From Isoptericola halotolerans (GTDB lineage: Bacteria > Actinomycetota > Actinomycetes > Actinomycetales > Cellulomonadaceae): 64,000 bases of DNA. The stretch spans positions 124,001-188,000 of the forward strand of contig NZ_JABEZU010000005.1 of NCBI RefSeq assembly GCF_013149785.1, given 5' to 3'. Position numbers and translations under genes: made by a program. The notes under the pieces were generated by a model, which saw only the letters and a list, made by a program, of their open reading frames with translations, had not been told where the DNA came from and did not search any database. Shown here one piece after another: positions 33,042-43,677 of this stretch (position 1 is the stretch's first letter; each line of letters opens with the position of its first letter).

Positions 33042-33371
33042 TCAGGGCTTGGGCACGCTCGTGACGGTGGTCAGCAGGAACACGGAGTCCTCGAGGGCGA
33101 GCACCGCGTGCCGGTCGTGCGTGAGCATGCGGAGCTCGCCGGCCGAGATCTCCTCGTGCCCGTCGGCCACCGTGACGCGCAGCCGGCCCTGCAGCGCGAG
33201 CATCGAGGCCGCCGGAGGCGCGTTGTGCTCGCCGAGCTCGGTGCCGGCGACGAGGGCGAGCACCGACTGCCGCAGCGTGCCGTCGTGCACCAGCACCTCG
33301 GCGCTGCGCCCGTTCTCGGCGGCGCGCGCCTTCGCCAGGTGGACCGCGGTCAGGGCCTCGAGGTTCGACAT
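33042..33371 (-). CDS. Cupin domain protein
   Basis: LGEHNAPPAASMLALQGRL...RHAVLALEDS. Confidence 0.8.
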   Translation of the reverse strand: MSNLEALTAVHLAKARAAENGRSAEVLVHDGTLRQSVLALVAGTELGEHNAPPAASMLALQGRLRVTVADGHEEISAGELRMLTHDRHAVLALEDSVFLLTTVTSVPKP

Positions 33372-33526
33372 GTTCGCTCCGTTCGTCGTCGCTCTTGGAT
33401 GCTATCGGCCTTCGGTGCGACACGGCAGCGCGACCGAGACCGCGTCTCGTCCACCCGGAGGTCCTCGTCCCCGGCCCGGGCAGCGGGTAGGTTGCAGGGG
33501 TTTCGACCGAAGGAGGTCCGAGCCCC

Positions 33527-35110
33527 GTGCAGATCGGTATCCCGCGTGAGCCGCGCCCCGGTGAGCGGCTCGTCGCCGGCACCCCCGCCACCGTCCGCCA
33601 GCTCGTCGCACTCGGCTACGACGTCGTCGTCGAGGACGGTGCCGGCGAGCGGGCCAACCTGCCGAACGTGGCGTACGTCGAGGCGGGCGCACGACTGGCC
33701 GGGCGCGAGCAGGTCTGGGCCGCTGACGTCGTCACCTGCGTCAACCCGCCGTCGGACGAGCTCGAGCTGCTCCGCCCGGGGGCGGTCCTGGTCTCCCAGC
33801 TCGCCCCGGCCGCACGGCCGGAGCGGATCGAGGCGTTGGCCGCGTGCCGGGTGACCGCGCTCGCGCTGGACGCCGTCCCCCGGATCTCCCGGGCCCAGGC
33901 GCTCGACGTGCTCTCCGCCCAGTCCAACGTGGCCGGGTACCGTGCGGTGGTGGAGGCGGCCGAGGAGTTCGGCGGCATGTTCACCGGCCAGGTCACGGCG
34001 GCCGGGACGACGCCGCCTGCCACGGTCTTCGTCATCGGGGCCGGGGTGGCGGGCCTCGCCGCGATCGGGACGGCGTCGTCGATGGGAGCCCAGGTCCGGG
34101 CGTTCGACGTCCGCCCCGAGGCCGCCGAGCAGATCGAGTCCCTCGGCGCCGTGGCGGTGGCGGGGCAGGGCGCCGCCCAGGAGGTCAGCGCCGACGGGTA
34201 CGCGCGGGCGCTGACGGCCGACCAGGAGTCGGCGGCCCTGCGCACCTACGCCGCCGAGTCCGCAGCGGCCGACGTGGTCGTCACGACCGCTCTGGTCCGC
34301 GGTGCGGCACCGACCACGATCACCACCGAGATGGTCGCCGCGATGCGCCCCGGGTCGGTGGTCGTGGACCTCGCGGCCACGGGCGGCGGCAACTGCGAGC
34401 TCACCGTGCCGGGTGAGCGTGTGGTGAGCGACAACGGGGTCGTGGTGCTCGGCTACACCGACCTGCCCGGGCGGATGCCGCAGCACACCTCCCAGCTGTT
34501 CGGGACGAACGTCGTCAACCTCGTCTCCCTGATGACGCCGGCGAAGGACGGTCGTCTCGTGGTCGACCTCGACGACGTCGTCGTGCGGGCGATGACCCTC
34601 ACTCGCGACGGTGAGGTGCTCTGGCCCCCGCCGCCGGTGCCGGTGTCGGCCGCACCGTCCCCGCCCGCCCCCGCGCCGGAGCCCGTCGGCCCGAGCCCTG
34701 CCGAGCAGGCCGCCGCGCACCGGTCCCGGTCACGGCGCAACGGCCTGCTGGCCGCCGCGGCCGCCGTGCTCGTCGGTCTGGCGGTCGCCGCCTCGCCCCC
34801 GGACACGATCGGCCACTTCACGGTGTTCGCCCTGGCGGTGGTGGTGGGCTTCTACGTCATCTCCGCGGTCACCCACGCCCTCCACACGCCCCTGATGGCA
34901 CAGACCAACGCGATCAGCGGCATCATCCTGGTCGGCGCGCTGCTGCAGATCGGGGTCGACGACTGGGTGGTCACGTCCCTGGCGGTCGCCGCGGCCACGC
35001 TGGCGTCGATCAACGTCTTCGGTGGCTTCCTCGTCGCGAACCGCATGATCCGTATGTTCCGCAAGGGTGCGCCGGCCGGTGCCCCCACGGCGACGGAGGT
35101 GGCCCGGTGA
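33527..35110 (+). CDS. pntA: NAD(P) transhydrogenase subunit alpha
   Basis: [37 protein letters not shown]. Confidence 0.96.
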   Translation: MQIGIPREPRPGERLVAGTPATVRQLVALGYDVVVEDGAGERANLPNVAYVEAGARLAGREQVWAADVVTCVNPPSDELELLRPGAVLVSQLAPAARPERIEALAACRVTALALDAVPRISRAQALDVLSAQSNVAGYRAVVEAAEEFGGMFTGQVTAAGTTPPATVFVIGAGVAGLAAIGTASSMGAQVRAFDVRPEAAEQIESLGAVAVAGQGAAQEVSADGYARALTADQESAALRTYAAESAAADVVVTTALVRGAAPTTITTEMVAAMRPGSVVVDLAATGGGNCELTVPGERVVSDNGVVVLGYTDLPGRMPQHTSQLFGTNVVNLVSLMTPAKDGRLVVDLDDVVVRAMTLTRDGEVLWPPPPVPVSAAPSPPAPAPEPVGPSPAEQAAAHRSRSRRNGLLAAAAAVLVGLAVAASPPDTIGHFTVFALAVVVGFYVISAVTHALHTPLMAQTNAISGIILVGALLQIGVDDWVVTSLAVAAATLASINVFGGFLVANRMIRMFRKGAPAGAPTATEVAR

Positions 35111-36510
35111 CGGCGCTGTCGGCCGTGCAGGCCACCTACGTGGTCGCGGCGGTGCTGTTCATCGCCTCGCTCGCCGGCCTCTCGCGGCAGGAGTCCGCCC
35201 GGCGCGGCAACGTGCTGGGCATCATCGGCATGGCACTCGCGCTCGTCGCGACCGTGGCCCTGGCGCTCGTGCAGTCGCAGCGTCCGTGGCAGGTGACGGC
35301 GGCCCTGATCCTCGGCGTGCTCGTCGTCGGCGCGACGATCGGCACCTGGCGGGTGCGCAGGGTCGAGATGACGCAGATGCCGGAGCTCATCGCGCTCCTG
35401 CACTCGTTCGTCGGTCTGGCCGCCGTGCTCGTCGGGTTCGGGTCGTACCTGTCGGCTCCGCGTTCCGGCACGGTGCACCTGGTGGAGGTGTTCCTCGGGG
35501 TGCTGATCGGGGCGGTGACGTTCACCGGTTCCGTCGTCGCGAACCTCAAGCTGTCCGCGCGGATGCGGTCGGCGCCGCTGCGCCTGCCCGGTCGCAACCT
35601 GATCAACCTCGGCCTCGTGGTGGCGTCGGCAGCCCTGCTCGCGTGGTTCCTGACGGCCACCGCTGCCGGGTCGGAGGCCACGGCACTGACCGCCCTGGTG
35701 CTCGTCGCGGTCGTGGCGCTCGTGCTGGGCTGGCACCTGGTCGCGTCGATCGGTGGTGGCGACATGCCCGTCGTCGTCTCGATGCTCAACTCCTACTCCG
35801 GCTGGGCGGCGGCCGCGGCGGGCTTCATGCTGGGCAACGACCTGCTCATCATCACCGGCGCGCTGGTCGGCTCCTCCGGAGCGATCCTGTCGTACATCAT
35901 GTGCCGCGCGATGAACCGGTCGTTCGTCTCGGTGATCCTCGGGGGGTACGGCACCACGCCGGGTGCCGTCGACGCCGGGCCCGCGGGGGAGCACCGGGAG
36001 ACGTTCGCGGCGGAGGTCGCCGCGCAGCTCACGGCGGCGTCGTCGGTCGTGATCGTGCCGGGGTACGGGATGGCGGTGGCCAAGGCCCAGTACCCGGTCG
36101 CGGACCTCACCGAGAAGCTCCGGTCCCGGGGCGTCCAGGTCCGGTTCGGGGTGCACCCGGTGGCCGGCCGCCTGCCGGGCCACATGAACGTGCTGCTCGC
36201 CGAGGCCAAGGTGCCCTACGACGTCGTCCTCGGCATGGACGAGATCAACGCCGACCTCCCCGACACCGACGTCGTGCTGGTGATCGGGGCCAACGACACC
36301 GTGAACCCGGCCGCCCAGGACGACCCTGCCTCACCGATCGCGGGCATGCCGGTGCTGGAGGTGTGGAAGGCGCGCGAGGTCGTCGTCTTCAAGCGGTCCA
36401 TGGCTACCGGGTACGCGGGCGTGCAGAACCCGCTGTTCTTCCGGGAGAACACCGCGATGGTGTTCGGCGACGCGAAGGAGCAGGTGGACAGGATCATCAC
36501 GTCTCTCTGA
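35107..36510 (+). CDS. pntB: NAD(P) transhydrogenase subunit beta
   Basis: [44 protein letters not shown]. Confidence 0.97.
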   Translation: MTALSAVQATYVVAAVLFIASLAGLSRQESARRGNVLGIIGMALALVATVALALVQSQRPWQVTAALILGVLVVGATIGTWRVRRVEMTQMPELIALLHSFVGLAAVLVGFGSYLSAPRSGTVHLVEVFLGVLIGAVTFTGSVVANLKLSARMRSAPLRLPGRNLINLGLVVASAALLAWFLTATAAGSEATALTALVLVAVVALVLGWHLVASIGGGDMPVVVSMLNSYSGWAAAAAGFMLGNDLLIITGALVGSSGAILSYIMCRAMNRSFVSVILGGYGTTPGAVDAGPAGEHRETFAAEVAAQLTAASSVVIVPGYGMAVAKAQYPVADLTEKLRSRGVQVRFGVHPVAGRLPGHMNVLLAEAKVPYDVVLGMDEINADLPDTDVVLVIGANDTVNPAAQDDPASPIAGMPVLEVWKAREVVVFKRSMATGYAGVQNPLFFRENTAMVFGDAKEQVDRIITSL

Positions 36511-36542
36511 GCCCCCGCGAGGCGACGGGCTACCATCGGCGC

Positions 36543-37456
36543 ATGCCTGGTGTGGACGACCCCCGCAACCCGCTGATCGCCGTCGTCGGGCCCGGTGCCG
36601 TGGGCGGTCTGGTCGCGGCCTTCCTGCAGCGGGCGCGGCACGACGTCGTCCTGGTCGGACGCGAGGGTACCGCCCGACGTGTCGCCGACCACGGCCTGGA
36701 GATCGTCACGGACCGCTGCGGGTCGTGGCACGCCCCGTTGCGGGCGACGACAGGGGTCCCGCACGGCGCCCGCGTGATCGTGGCGGTCAAGGCCGAGGGG
36801 GTCGCCGACGTCACGGCCCAGATCGCGGCCGCGGCGCCCCGCGAGGTCGTCTCGCTGCTCAACGGCGTGGAGCACATGGCCGCGCTGCGCGAGGCGATGC
36901 CGGCCGGGAGACCCGCCTCGTGGCGGCCTCCTACGCGGGGGAGACGCTGCGCACGGCAGCCGGCGACCACGGCGCGATGACCGTGCGCCATCGGGGCGAC
37001 CTGCTGCGCATCACGGTGCCCGACGACGCCGCGGACCTGGGCGTGGTGCGGGCGCTGGGTGACACCGACATCGACCTGGTCACCGGTGGCACGGAGGCGG
37101 AGGTCCTGTGGTCCAAGCTGCGGTTCCTGGCTCCGCTGGCCCTGCTCACCTCCGCGCACCGCAGCGGGATCGGGGCGGGCCTGGCTGCCGACCCCGCTCT
37201 GGCCGACGGCGTGCTGACCGAGGTCGCGGCGGTCACGACGGCCGAGGGTGTCCCGACGTCGGCGGAGGACCTGCGGGCGATCCTGAGCGGCTTCCCGCCC
37301 ACGATGCGGTCGTCGCTGCAGGCGGACCTGGCGGCCGGGCACCTCGGAGAGCTCGACGCGATCGGCGGGGCGGTGTCCCGGCGCGGTGCGGCGCACGGTC
37401 TCGCCACGCCGGTGGTCGACGCGATCGTCGCGCGGCTGCGGGCCGAGGTGGCCTGA
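36543..37456 (+). pseudogene. Ketopantoate reductase (ApbA/PanE family), frameshifted near 36905-36910
   Basis: First frame: IAVVGPGAVGG, AVKA, SLLNGVEH; second frame: LWSKL, SSLQADL...ELDAIGG; one base short at a G run. Confidence 0.75.
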
Positions 37457-37502
37457 GCCCCGCGAGAGGTTCAGGCCGGGTACGGCTCGGGTCAGGAGCG
37501 GC

Positions 37503-39086
37503 TCAGATGCGGCTGTCGGCCTGAGACTCGTAGACGCTGGCCGGCAGGACGCCGTCGACCGTCTGGTGCTGCGCCGCGGCGACCTGTGTCGCGGAGAGCT
37601 CCGTGGCGGCGTCGGAGGTGGTCTCGATCTCGCGGGCGTCGGCCGGGACACCGTCCAGGCTCGGCATCATCGCGGCGAGCTGGGGACGCCACGTGGCGAA
37701 CCGGTCCGGGAAGCACCGGTCGAGCAGGTCCACCATCGCCGAGACGGCCGTGGACGCACCGGGGGAGGCGCCGAGCAACCCGGCGATCGAGCCGTCGGCG
37801 GCCGAGACGATCTCGGTACCGAACTGCAGGACGCCCTTGCCGTCGGCGTCGCGCTTGATCACCTGGACGCGCTGGCCCGCGGTGATCGTCTCCCAGTCCT
37901 TGGGGTGCGCGGTGGGCATGAACTGCTGCAGCGCGTGGAACTTGGTCTCGGGTGCGGCGACGACCTGGCCGACGAGGTACTGCGTGAGGTCGAGGTTCTT
38001 CAGGCCCGCGCCGAGCATCGAGGTGAGGTTGTGCGCTCGCAGCGAGGTGACGAGGCCCAGGTACTTGCCCTTCTTGAGGTACTTGGGGCTGAACCCTGCG
38101 TAGGGCCCGAACATCAGGTAGCTCTTGCCGTCAACGACGCGGGTGTCCAGGTGCGGCACGGACATCGGCGGGGCACCGACGTCGGCCTTGCCGTAGACCT
38201 TGGCCTGGTGCTGGGCGACGATCTCCGGGTTGTCGGTGCGCAGGAACTCGCCGGAGATCGGGAAGCCGCCGAAGCCCTTGATCTCGGGGATGCCGGCCGA
38301 CTGGAGCAGCGGCAGGGCGCCCCCGCCCGCGCCGACGAACACGAAGCGGGCCTTGAGGGTCGACATCCGCTGGGGTGCGTTCCACGAGCGGTCCTTGACA
38401 CGCAGGCGCCAGCCGCCGTCGCGGGTGCGCTTGAGCGACCTGACCTCGTGCTGGAGCTGCAGCTCTGCGCCACCTGCCACCAGCCCGTCGACGAGCTGAC
38501 GGGTCAGGTTGCCGAAGTCGACGTCGGTGCCGGCGACGGAGCGGGTGGCGGCGATCGGCTCCTCGGTGTCGCGCTCGGTCGTGAGCAACGGCGCCCAGCG
38601 GTTGATCTCGGTGCGGTCCGTGGAGAACTCGAGGTCGCGGAAGAGCGGGTGCGCGCTGAGCGTGCTGTGCCGGCGGCGCAGGTAGTCGACGTTCTTCGCG
38701 CCCCGGACGAAGGTCATGTGGGGAGTGCGGCTGACGAAGGACGAGTCCGCGAGGCGGCCCGTGGCGAGCAGGTGGTGCCAGAGCTCGCGCGACGTCTGGA
38801 ACTGCTCGTTGATCGACACCGCCTTGGAGATGTCGACGGTGCCGTCGGGCTTCTCCGGGGTGTAGTTGAGCTCGCACAGGGCGGCATGTCCGGTGCCGGC
38901 GTTGTTCCACGGGTTGGACGACTCGAGCGCGACGTCGTCGAGGCGCTCGATGATGCGGATCGACCACGTCGGCTCGACCTGCTGGATGAGCGTGCCGAGA
39001 GTGGCGCTCATGATGCCACCGCCGATGAGGACGACGTCGACGGCGTCGGTGGAGCCGTTGCTGGAGGCCGTTGCGCGCGTAGTCAC
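37503..39086 (-). CDS. mqo: Malate:quinone oxidoreductase
   Basis: DVVLIGGGIMSATL, ESSNPWNNAGTGH, PPMSVPHLD, AGQRVQ, LLGASPGAS. Confidence 0.96.
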   Translation of the reverse strand: MTTRATASSNGSTDAVDVVLIGGGIMSATLGTLIQQVEPTWSIRIIERLDDVALESSNPWNNAGTGHAALCELNYTPEKPDGTVDISKAVSINEQFQTSRELWHHLLATGRLADSSFVSRTPHMTFVRGAKNVDYLRRRHSTLSAHPLFRDLEFSTDRTEINRWAPLLTTERDTEEPIAATRSVAGTDVDFGNLTRQLVDGLVAGGAELQLQHEVRSLKRTRDGGWRLRVKDRSWNAPQRMSTLKARFVFVGAGGGALPLLQSAGIPEIKGFGGFPISGEFLRTDNPEIVAQHQAKVYGKADVGAPPMSVPHLDTRVVDGKSYLMFGPYAGFSPKYLKKGKYLGLVTSLRAHNLTSMLGAGLKNLDLTQYLVGQVVAAPETKFHALQQFMPTAHPKDWETITAGQRVQVIKRDADGKGVLQFGTEIVSAADGSIAGLLGASPGASTAVSAMVDLLDRCFPDRFATWRPQLAAMMPSLDGVPADAREIETTSDAATELSATQVAAAQHQTVDGVLPASVYESQADSRI

Positions 39087-39105
39087 CAGATCATGCTACG
39101 ACGCT

Positions 39106-39172
39106 GGTGAAAAGTGTCACAAAGAATGAGAGCAAGGTCACAGGCTCCTGACCTGCAGTGATGTGGGTCACA
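39106..39172. promoter_or_regulatory. Three CRP/GlxR-like sites upstream of mqo
   Basis: GGTGA-N6-TCACA (39106-39121), TGAGA-N6-TCACA (39127-39142), AGTGA-N6-TCACA (39157-39172) versus TGTGA-N6-TCACA. Confidence 0.6.
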
Positions 39173-39841
39173 TCAGGGCCACAGGAACTCCTTGGTCCAC
39201 CGCCGACCGCTCGTGTCCGGTCGGCAGTACCGGACCCGCGTCTGGCCGGTCCCGGCGCCGGAGCCCCAGAACTCCACGTCGCGCGGGCGCAGGCACCAGG
39301 CGGTCCAGGTCGGGGCGACGAGCTCGGGGTCGGCGCGGACCCGGTCGAGGGCGTCGGCCCACGCGGCACGATGCTCGCCCACGGCGGCGAGCGTCTCGCT
39401 CTGGCGGCCCACCAGTCCGGCCGCGCGCGAGGCGTCGGGCCGGGCGCGGAAGTCCGCCGCCCCGGCGTCGGGGTCCGAGACCGCGGTGCCGGTGACGCGC
39501 ACCTGCCGACCCGTCTCCCGCCAGAGGAAGGTCAGGGCGGCGCGGGGGTCGGACGCCAGGTCGACGCCCTTGGGGCTCGTGGCGTGCCCCGCGAACCACC
39601 AGCCCTCAGGGGTCAGGTCCTTGAGGATCACCGTGCGGGCGTGCACCGCTCCGCGCCCGTCCGACGTCGACAGGGTCATCGCGTGCGGACCGGTCGCCCC
39701 GGCGGCGACCGTCTCCTCGAACCAGCTCTCGAAGAGCGCGTGCGGCGTCGCGGGGAGGTCGTCGAGATCCTCGACGTCCCAGGCCGTCAGGCCGTCAGGG
39801 AGCACGGGCAGCGCGCGCAGGCGCTCGCGGAAGCCGGTCAC
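39173..39841 (-). CDS. Pyridoxine/pyridoxamine 5'-phosphate oxidase family
   Basis: MTLST...ARTVILK, SPKG.DL, FLW...RQVRV.G, VEFW, W..E.LWP. Confidence 0.85.
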   Translation of the reverse strand: MTGFRERLRALPVLPDGLTAWDVEDLDDLPATPHALFESWFEETVAAGATGPHAMTLSTSDGRGAVHARTVILKDLTPEGWWFAGHATSPKGVDLASDPRAALTFLWRETGRQVRVTGTAVSDPDAGAADFRARPDASRAAGLVGRQSETLAAVGEHRAAWADALDRVRADPELVAPTWTAWCLRPRDVEFWGSGAGTGQTRVRYCRPDTSGRRWTKEFLWP

Positions 39842-39951
39842 AGGTCCTCCTCGTCGATCGGGTGGTCCTGCGACGCTAGCGGACCGCTTGTGACCTCGGC
39901 CCGGTGGCGGAAGGATGTCAGCGACCCGCCCCTGGCCTCAGGAGGACCGCG

Positions 39952-40647
39952 ATGACGTTCGAGCCCGGTGCGCAGCCGGCCCGCTCCACTCCCGACGGCG
40001 GCCGGATCGCCCGCAGGCCGGGCACCGGCCAGCTCGTGTCCGTCGCGTCGATGTTCCCGCCGGAGCCGGCGACGAGGAGCACGGGGCTGGTGGAGCGCCT
40101 CGACGGTCGTCGCACCCAGGTCGCGCTGCTCGCCGCCGCGCTGGTGCTCGCCCTCGTCGCCTCGCTCGGTGTGGCGCTGGTCTGGTCCGCGAACCGCAAG
40201 CTCGCCGGGGAGGTGGAGGTCGCGCTGGCCCAGGCGGAGTCGGCGCAGGCCGAGTCCGCGCAGCTGCGCGCCGCGCTGGAGGCCGGTCCCGACACGGAGA
40301 CGGTCGACGCGCTGGCCGGACGGCTCGAGAGCGTCGAGGCCTGGACCGGGCTCCCCGCCGAGGGGACCACCGGCATGGCCGACCTGCAGACCCGGCTGCT
40401 CGAGGTGTCGAACGGGATCGACAGCCTGGAGTCGAACCTGCAGGACGGCCTCGGCACCGTGCGCACCGACCTCGCGAGCGTGCGCAACGACCTGCGGGCC
40501 GACCAGGACGCCACCACCGACACCGACATCGACGCCGTGCGCCAGGAGATCGGCGACCTCCGGGGTGCCGTGGACGGCATCCGCCAGGATGTCGGCGTCC
40601 TGTGCTGGGCGCTGGCCTACCGCACCGACGTCGCGGCGTCCTGCTGA
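39952..40647 (+). CDS. Hypothetical membrane-anchored coiled-coil protein
   Basis: AGGAGG RBS; one TM helix followed by heptad-rich region; two Cys at C-terminus. Confidence 0.65.
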   Translation: MTFEPGAQPARSTPDGGRIARRPGTGQLVSVASMFPPEPATRSTGLVERLDGRRTQVALLAAALVLALVASLGVALVWSANRKLAGEVEVALAQAESAQAESAQLRAALEAGPDTETVDALAGRLESVEAWTGLPAEGTTGMADLQTRLLEVSNGIDSLESNLQDGLGTVRTDLASVRNDLRADQDATTDTDIDAVRQEIGDLRGAVDGIRQDVGVLCWALAYRTDVAASC

Positions 40648-40675
40648 GCGGCTCGGGCTCCAAGACCGTCCGGCC

Positions 40676-41683
40676 TCAGCACCACCAGGGGTCGAGGGCG
40701 TGCTTGCCGTGCGTCGTACCTGATGCGACCGCCCGGAGCACCGTGGGACCTTCGTGGAGGGGATGGACGTGTGGAGTGCAGGGGGCGTAGACACCCTGAT
40801 CGATGAGTTCCTGGATCTCGTCCAGCAGACCCCGGAAGACGGGACGTGCTGCGTCGGCCAGGGCACCGAGGTGGAGCCCCTTGATCTGCACCGGGTGGGA
40901 GAACACCAGGTCATGGGTGGTGAGGCTCGCTTCTCCGGACGCGGCACCGAGGACCACGATGCGTCCGGTGAAGGGCTTGGTGACAGACAGGCTCGTCGCG
41001 AAGGTCTTCTTCCCGACGGACTCGAGGACCAGATCAACACCTCCGCTCCGGCGGATGATCTCCGCCGCCAGGTCGGGGCGGTCGGCATCGAGGACGGTGT
41101 CCACACCGAGCGATCGGACGATGCCGTGCTTCGCCGGTGAGGCGGTGGCGATCACCTGCGCACCGTAGTGGCGGGCGATTCTGACAGCGGCCTGTCCCAC
41201 GCCACCTGCCGCCGCGTGGATGAGGACGACGTCACCGTGCGCGATCTCGCCCAGGGGCCTGAGTGCCGCCAGTGCGGTCGCCCAGTTCAGCACCAGACCC
41301 AGAGCCTCGGCGTCGCTCCAGCCCGACGGTACCGGGAGCACTCCCGCCGCGGCAGGCATCGTCATGTGCTCGGCGAACGCCCCACGCCCGGCTCCTATGA
41401 CGTGTGTCCCTACCGGGTGGGGGTCCTCGACGTCGACCCCGGCGGCGATGATCTCGCCGGCCGCCTCGAAGCCCGCCACATAGGGAACCTCGGGCCCGCC
41501 CCCGTAGGTCCCTCGGCTCTGCATCACGTCCGCAAAGTTGACCCCGGCTGCCTCCACGCGGACCAGGTAGTCGCCCGGGCCGGGGGCGGTCGGTCGCGGG
41601 TAGTCGTCCTGGAGGGTGAGGCCGCTCGGTCCGCCGCGCGATCGTTGGACGAGGGCTCGCATCGTGTCGTTCTCGGTCGTCAT
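40676..41683 (-). CDS. NADPH:quinone oxidoreductase (MDR family)
   Basis: AAGVNFAD, GFEAAG, VLIHAAAGGVG. Confidence 0.9.
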   Translation of the reverse strand: MTTENDTMRALVQRSRGGPSGLTLQDDYPRPTAPGPGDYLVRVEAAGVNFADVMQSRGTYGGGPEVPYVAGFEAAGEIIAAGVDVEDPHPVGTHVIGAGRGAFAEHMTMPAAAGVLPVPSGWSDAEALGLVLNWATALAALRPLGEIAHGDVVLIHAAAGGVGQAAVRIARHYGAQVIATASPAKHGIVRSLGVDTVLDADRPDLAAEIIRRSGGVDLVLESVGKKTFATSLSVTKPFTGRIVVLGAASGEASLTTHDLVFSHPVQIKGLHLGALADAARPVFRGLLDEIQELIDQGVYAPCTPHVHPLHEGPTVLRAVASGTTHGKHALDPWWC

Positions 41684-41689
41684 GCCCGC

Positions 41690-41722
41690 ACCGTAGAACC
41701 CTCCCTCGTACGTGAAGGTCAA
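41690..41722 (-). promoter_or_regulatory. MerR-type long-spacer promoter with dyad
   Basis: TTGACC-N21-TACGGT with imperfect dyad ACCTTCAC...GGGAGGGT, downstream of the MerR gene. Confidence 0.5.
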
Positions 41723-41729
41723 GCCGATG

Positions 41730-42095
41730 TCATCGGCGGCCGTCGCGAGCCCGTGCGAGGAAGCCCTCGAGTGCCGACCGCCGGGCGACGAGCGCGGTGA
41801 TGCGGTCGTCGAGCCGATCGCGATAGCGTCGAACCTCCGCGAGGAACTCGGCGGACGGCAGCTCCGGATCGACCCCGGGATCGTCTCCGGGGCGCGACAA
41901 GAGCGTCATGATCAGCCTCACGGACAGGCCTGACGCCAGCAAGGAGCGGATCACCCGGACCCGCTCGAGGGTGGAGGGGCAGTAGTCGCGGTACCCGTTG
42001 CTGCAACGGCCCGGGACGATCAGTCCTTCGCCTTCGTAGAAGCGCAGCGATCTGACGCTGACGCCGCTGGCCCTCGATGCCTCACCGATCCTCAT
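41730..42095 (-). CDS. MerR family transcriptional regulator
   Basis: MRIGEASRASGVSVRSLRFYEGEGLI...NGYRDY. Confidence 0.92.
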   Translation of the reverse strand: MRIGEASRASGVSVRSLRFYEGEGLIVPGRCSNGYRDYCPSTLERVRVIRSLLASGLSVRLIMTLLSRPGDDPGVDPELPSAEFLAEVRRYRDRLDDRITALVARRSALEGFLARARDGRR

Positions 42096-42269
42096 GCCAG
42101 ACGGCAACGAGTGCCGGCAGCGTCTTCTTCCATTGCATCATCGTCGTCGACTGCAGCACGTGGTCTCTCCTGTCGTGACCCGGCCGCCTCGCCACAGCTG
42201 GCGACCCGAGGCCCTGCGGTCCTGCCGCACGGATGGCCGGTGCCGCGCGGCCGCCGTAGCGTGACCGGC

Positions 42270-43616
42270 GTGGACACGCCCCTGCGGCGACGTGTGCTGA
42301 TCGTCGCGATCCTCGCCTCGTTCGTCTCGTTCCTCGACGGCACCGTGGTGACCGTGGCGCTGCCTGCGATCGCCGAGGAGCTCGGCGGGCCGGGCGAGGC
42401 CGGGCTGACGCTCCAGCAGTGGGTCGTCGACGGGTACCTGGTGACCCTGGGGTCGTTCATCCTGCTCGCCGGGTCCCTGTCCGACGTGCATGGGCGACGC
42501 CGCATCCTGCGGGTCGGGCTCGTCGGCTTCGCCGTCGCCTCGGTGCTGTGCGCCGTGGCACCCACAGGGCCGGTCCTCGTCGTGGCACGCCTGCTGCAGG
42601 GGGTGGCCGGGGCGCTGCTGGTCCCGAGCTCGCTCGCGCTCATCATCTCGACGTTCGACGGCCCCGCCCAGGCGCGCGCGATCGGCACCTGGACGGCGTG
42701 GACCGGCACGGCGATGATCGTCGGCCCGTTCGTCGGCGGCGGCCTGGTCGACCTCGTCTCCTGGCGCTGGGTGTTCTGGATCAACCTGCCGGTGGTCGCG
42801 GTGACCCTGGTGCTGCTGCGGCGCGTGCCGCCGTCGGGCGTGGTCGCCGGACGGCGCATCGACCTGCTCGGCGCGGCGCTCGCAGCCCTCGGGCTGGCGG
42901 CCGCGGTGCTGGGGCTCATCGAGCAGATCTGGCCGATGGTGGGGGTCGGGGCGGTGCTGCTCGTGGCGTTCGTCGTCGTCGAGCGGCGGTCCGCCGACCC
43001 GATGCTGCCGTTGCGCCTGTTCCGGGTGCGCAACTTCGCGTGGGGCAACCTCGCCACGGCGGCCGTCTACGGCGCCCTGGCCTTCGGCGGCTTCGTGCTC
43101 ACGTTGTTCCTGCAGCAGGTCGCCGGGTACTCCGCGACGGCCGCGGGGGTGGCCCAGCTGCCGACGACGTTCGCGATGCTCCTGCTCTCCACGCGCTTCG
43201 GCACCCTGGCCGGCCGCTACGGCGCCCGCTGGTTCATGACCGTCGGTCCGGTGGTCGCCGGGTGCGGTTTCCTGCTGATGCTCACCATGGATGCCGAGGC
43301 CACCTACGTCACGCAGGTGCTCCCCGGCATCCTGGTGTTCGGTCTGGGCCTGGCCGTCACCGTGGCGCCCCTGACCGCGGCGATCCTCGGGTCGGTGCCG
43401 TCGTCGGACGCGGGCATCGCCTCGGCCGTGAACAACGCGGTCTCCCGGGTGGCGGGGCTGGTGGTCATCGCCTTCGCGGGCGTGATCCTCGGCGGGGTGC
43501 TCGACGTGGCCTCCTTCCACCGTGCGCTGGTGGTCACCGCGGTGCTGCTCGTCGTCGGTGGCCTGGTGAGCATGGTGGGGATCCGCGACGATCGCACGCC
43601 GCGTACCGGCGGCTGA
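42270..43616 (+). CDS. MFS transporter (DHA2 family)
   Basis: FLDGTVVTVALPAI, GSLSDVHGRRR, RLLQG. Confidence 0.9.
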   Translation: MDTPLRRRVLIVAILASFVSFLDGTVVTVALPAIAEELGGPGEAGLTLQQWVVDGYLVTLGSFILLAGSLSDVHGRRRILRVGLVGFAVASVLCAVAPTGPVLVVARLLQGVAGALLVPSSLALIISTFDGPAQARAIGTWTAWTGTAMIVGPFVGGGLVDLVSWRWVFWINLPVVAVTLVLLRRVPPSGVVAGRRIDLLGAALAALGLAAAVLGLIEQIWPMVGVGAVLLVAFVVVERRSADPMLPLRLFRVRNFAWGNLATAAVYGALAFGGFVLTLFLQQVAGYSATAAGVAQLPTTFAMLLLSTRFGTLAGRYGARWFMTVGPVVAGCGFLLMLTMDAEATYVTQVLPGILVFGLGLAVTVAPLTAAILGSVPSSDAGIASAVNNAVSRVAGLVVIAFAGVILGGVLDVASFHRALVVTAVLLVVGGLVSMVGIRDDRTPRTGG

Positions 43617-43677
43617 TCCTTCTGCCGGTGGCAGAAGAGGCGTGCCGCGACGGCCCGGACGGTCCAGGGTGGCAGGC

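Noticed and set aside
39173..39841. Phenazine biosynthesis phzG
   Set aside because: No other phz genes; same fold as pyridoxamine-phosphate oxidase.
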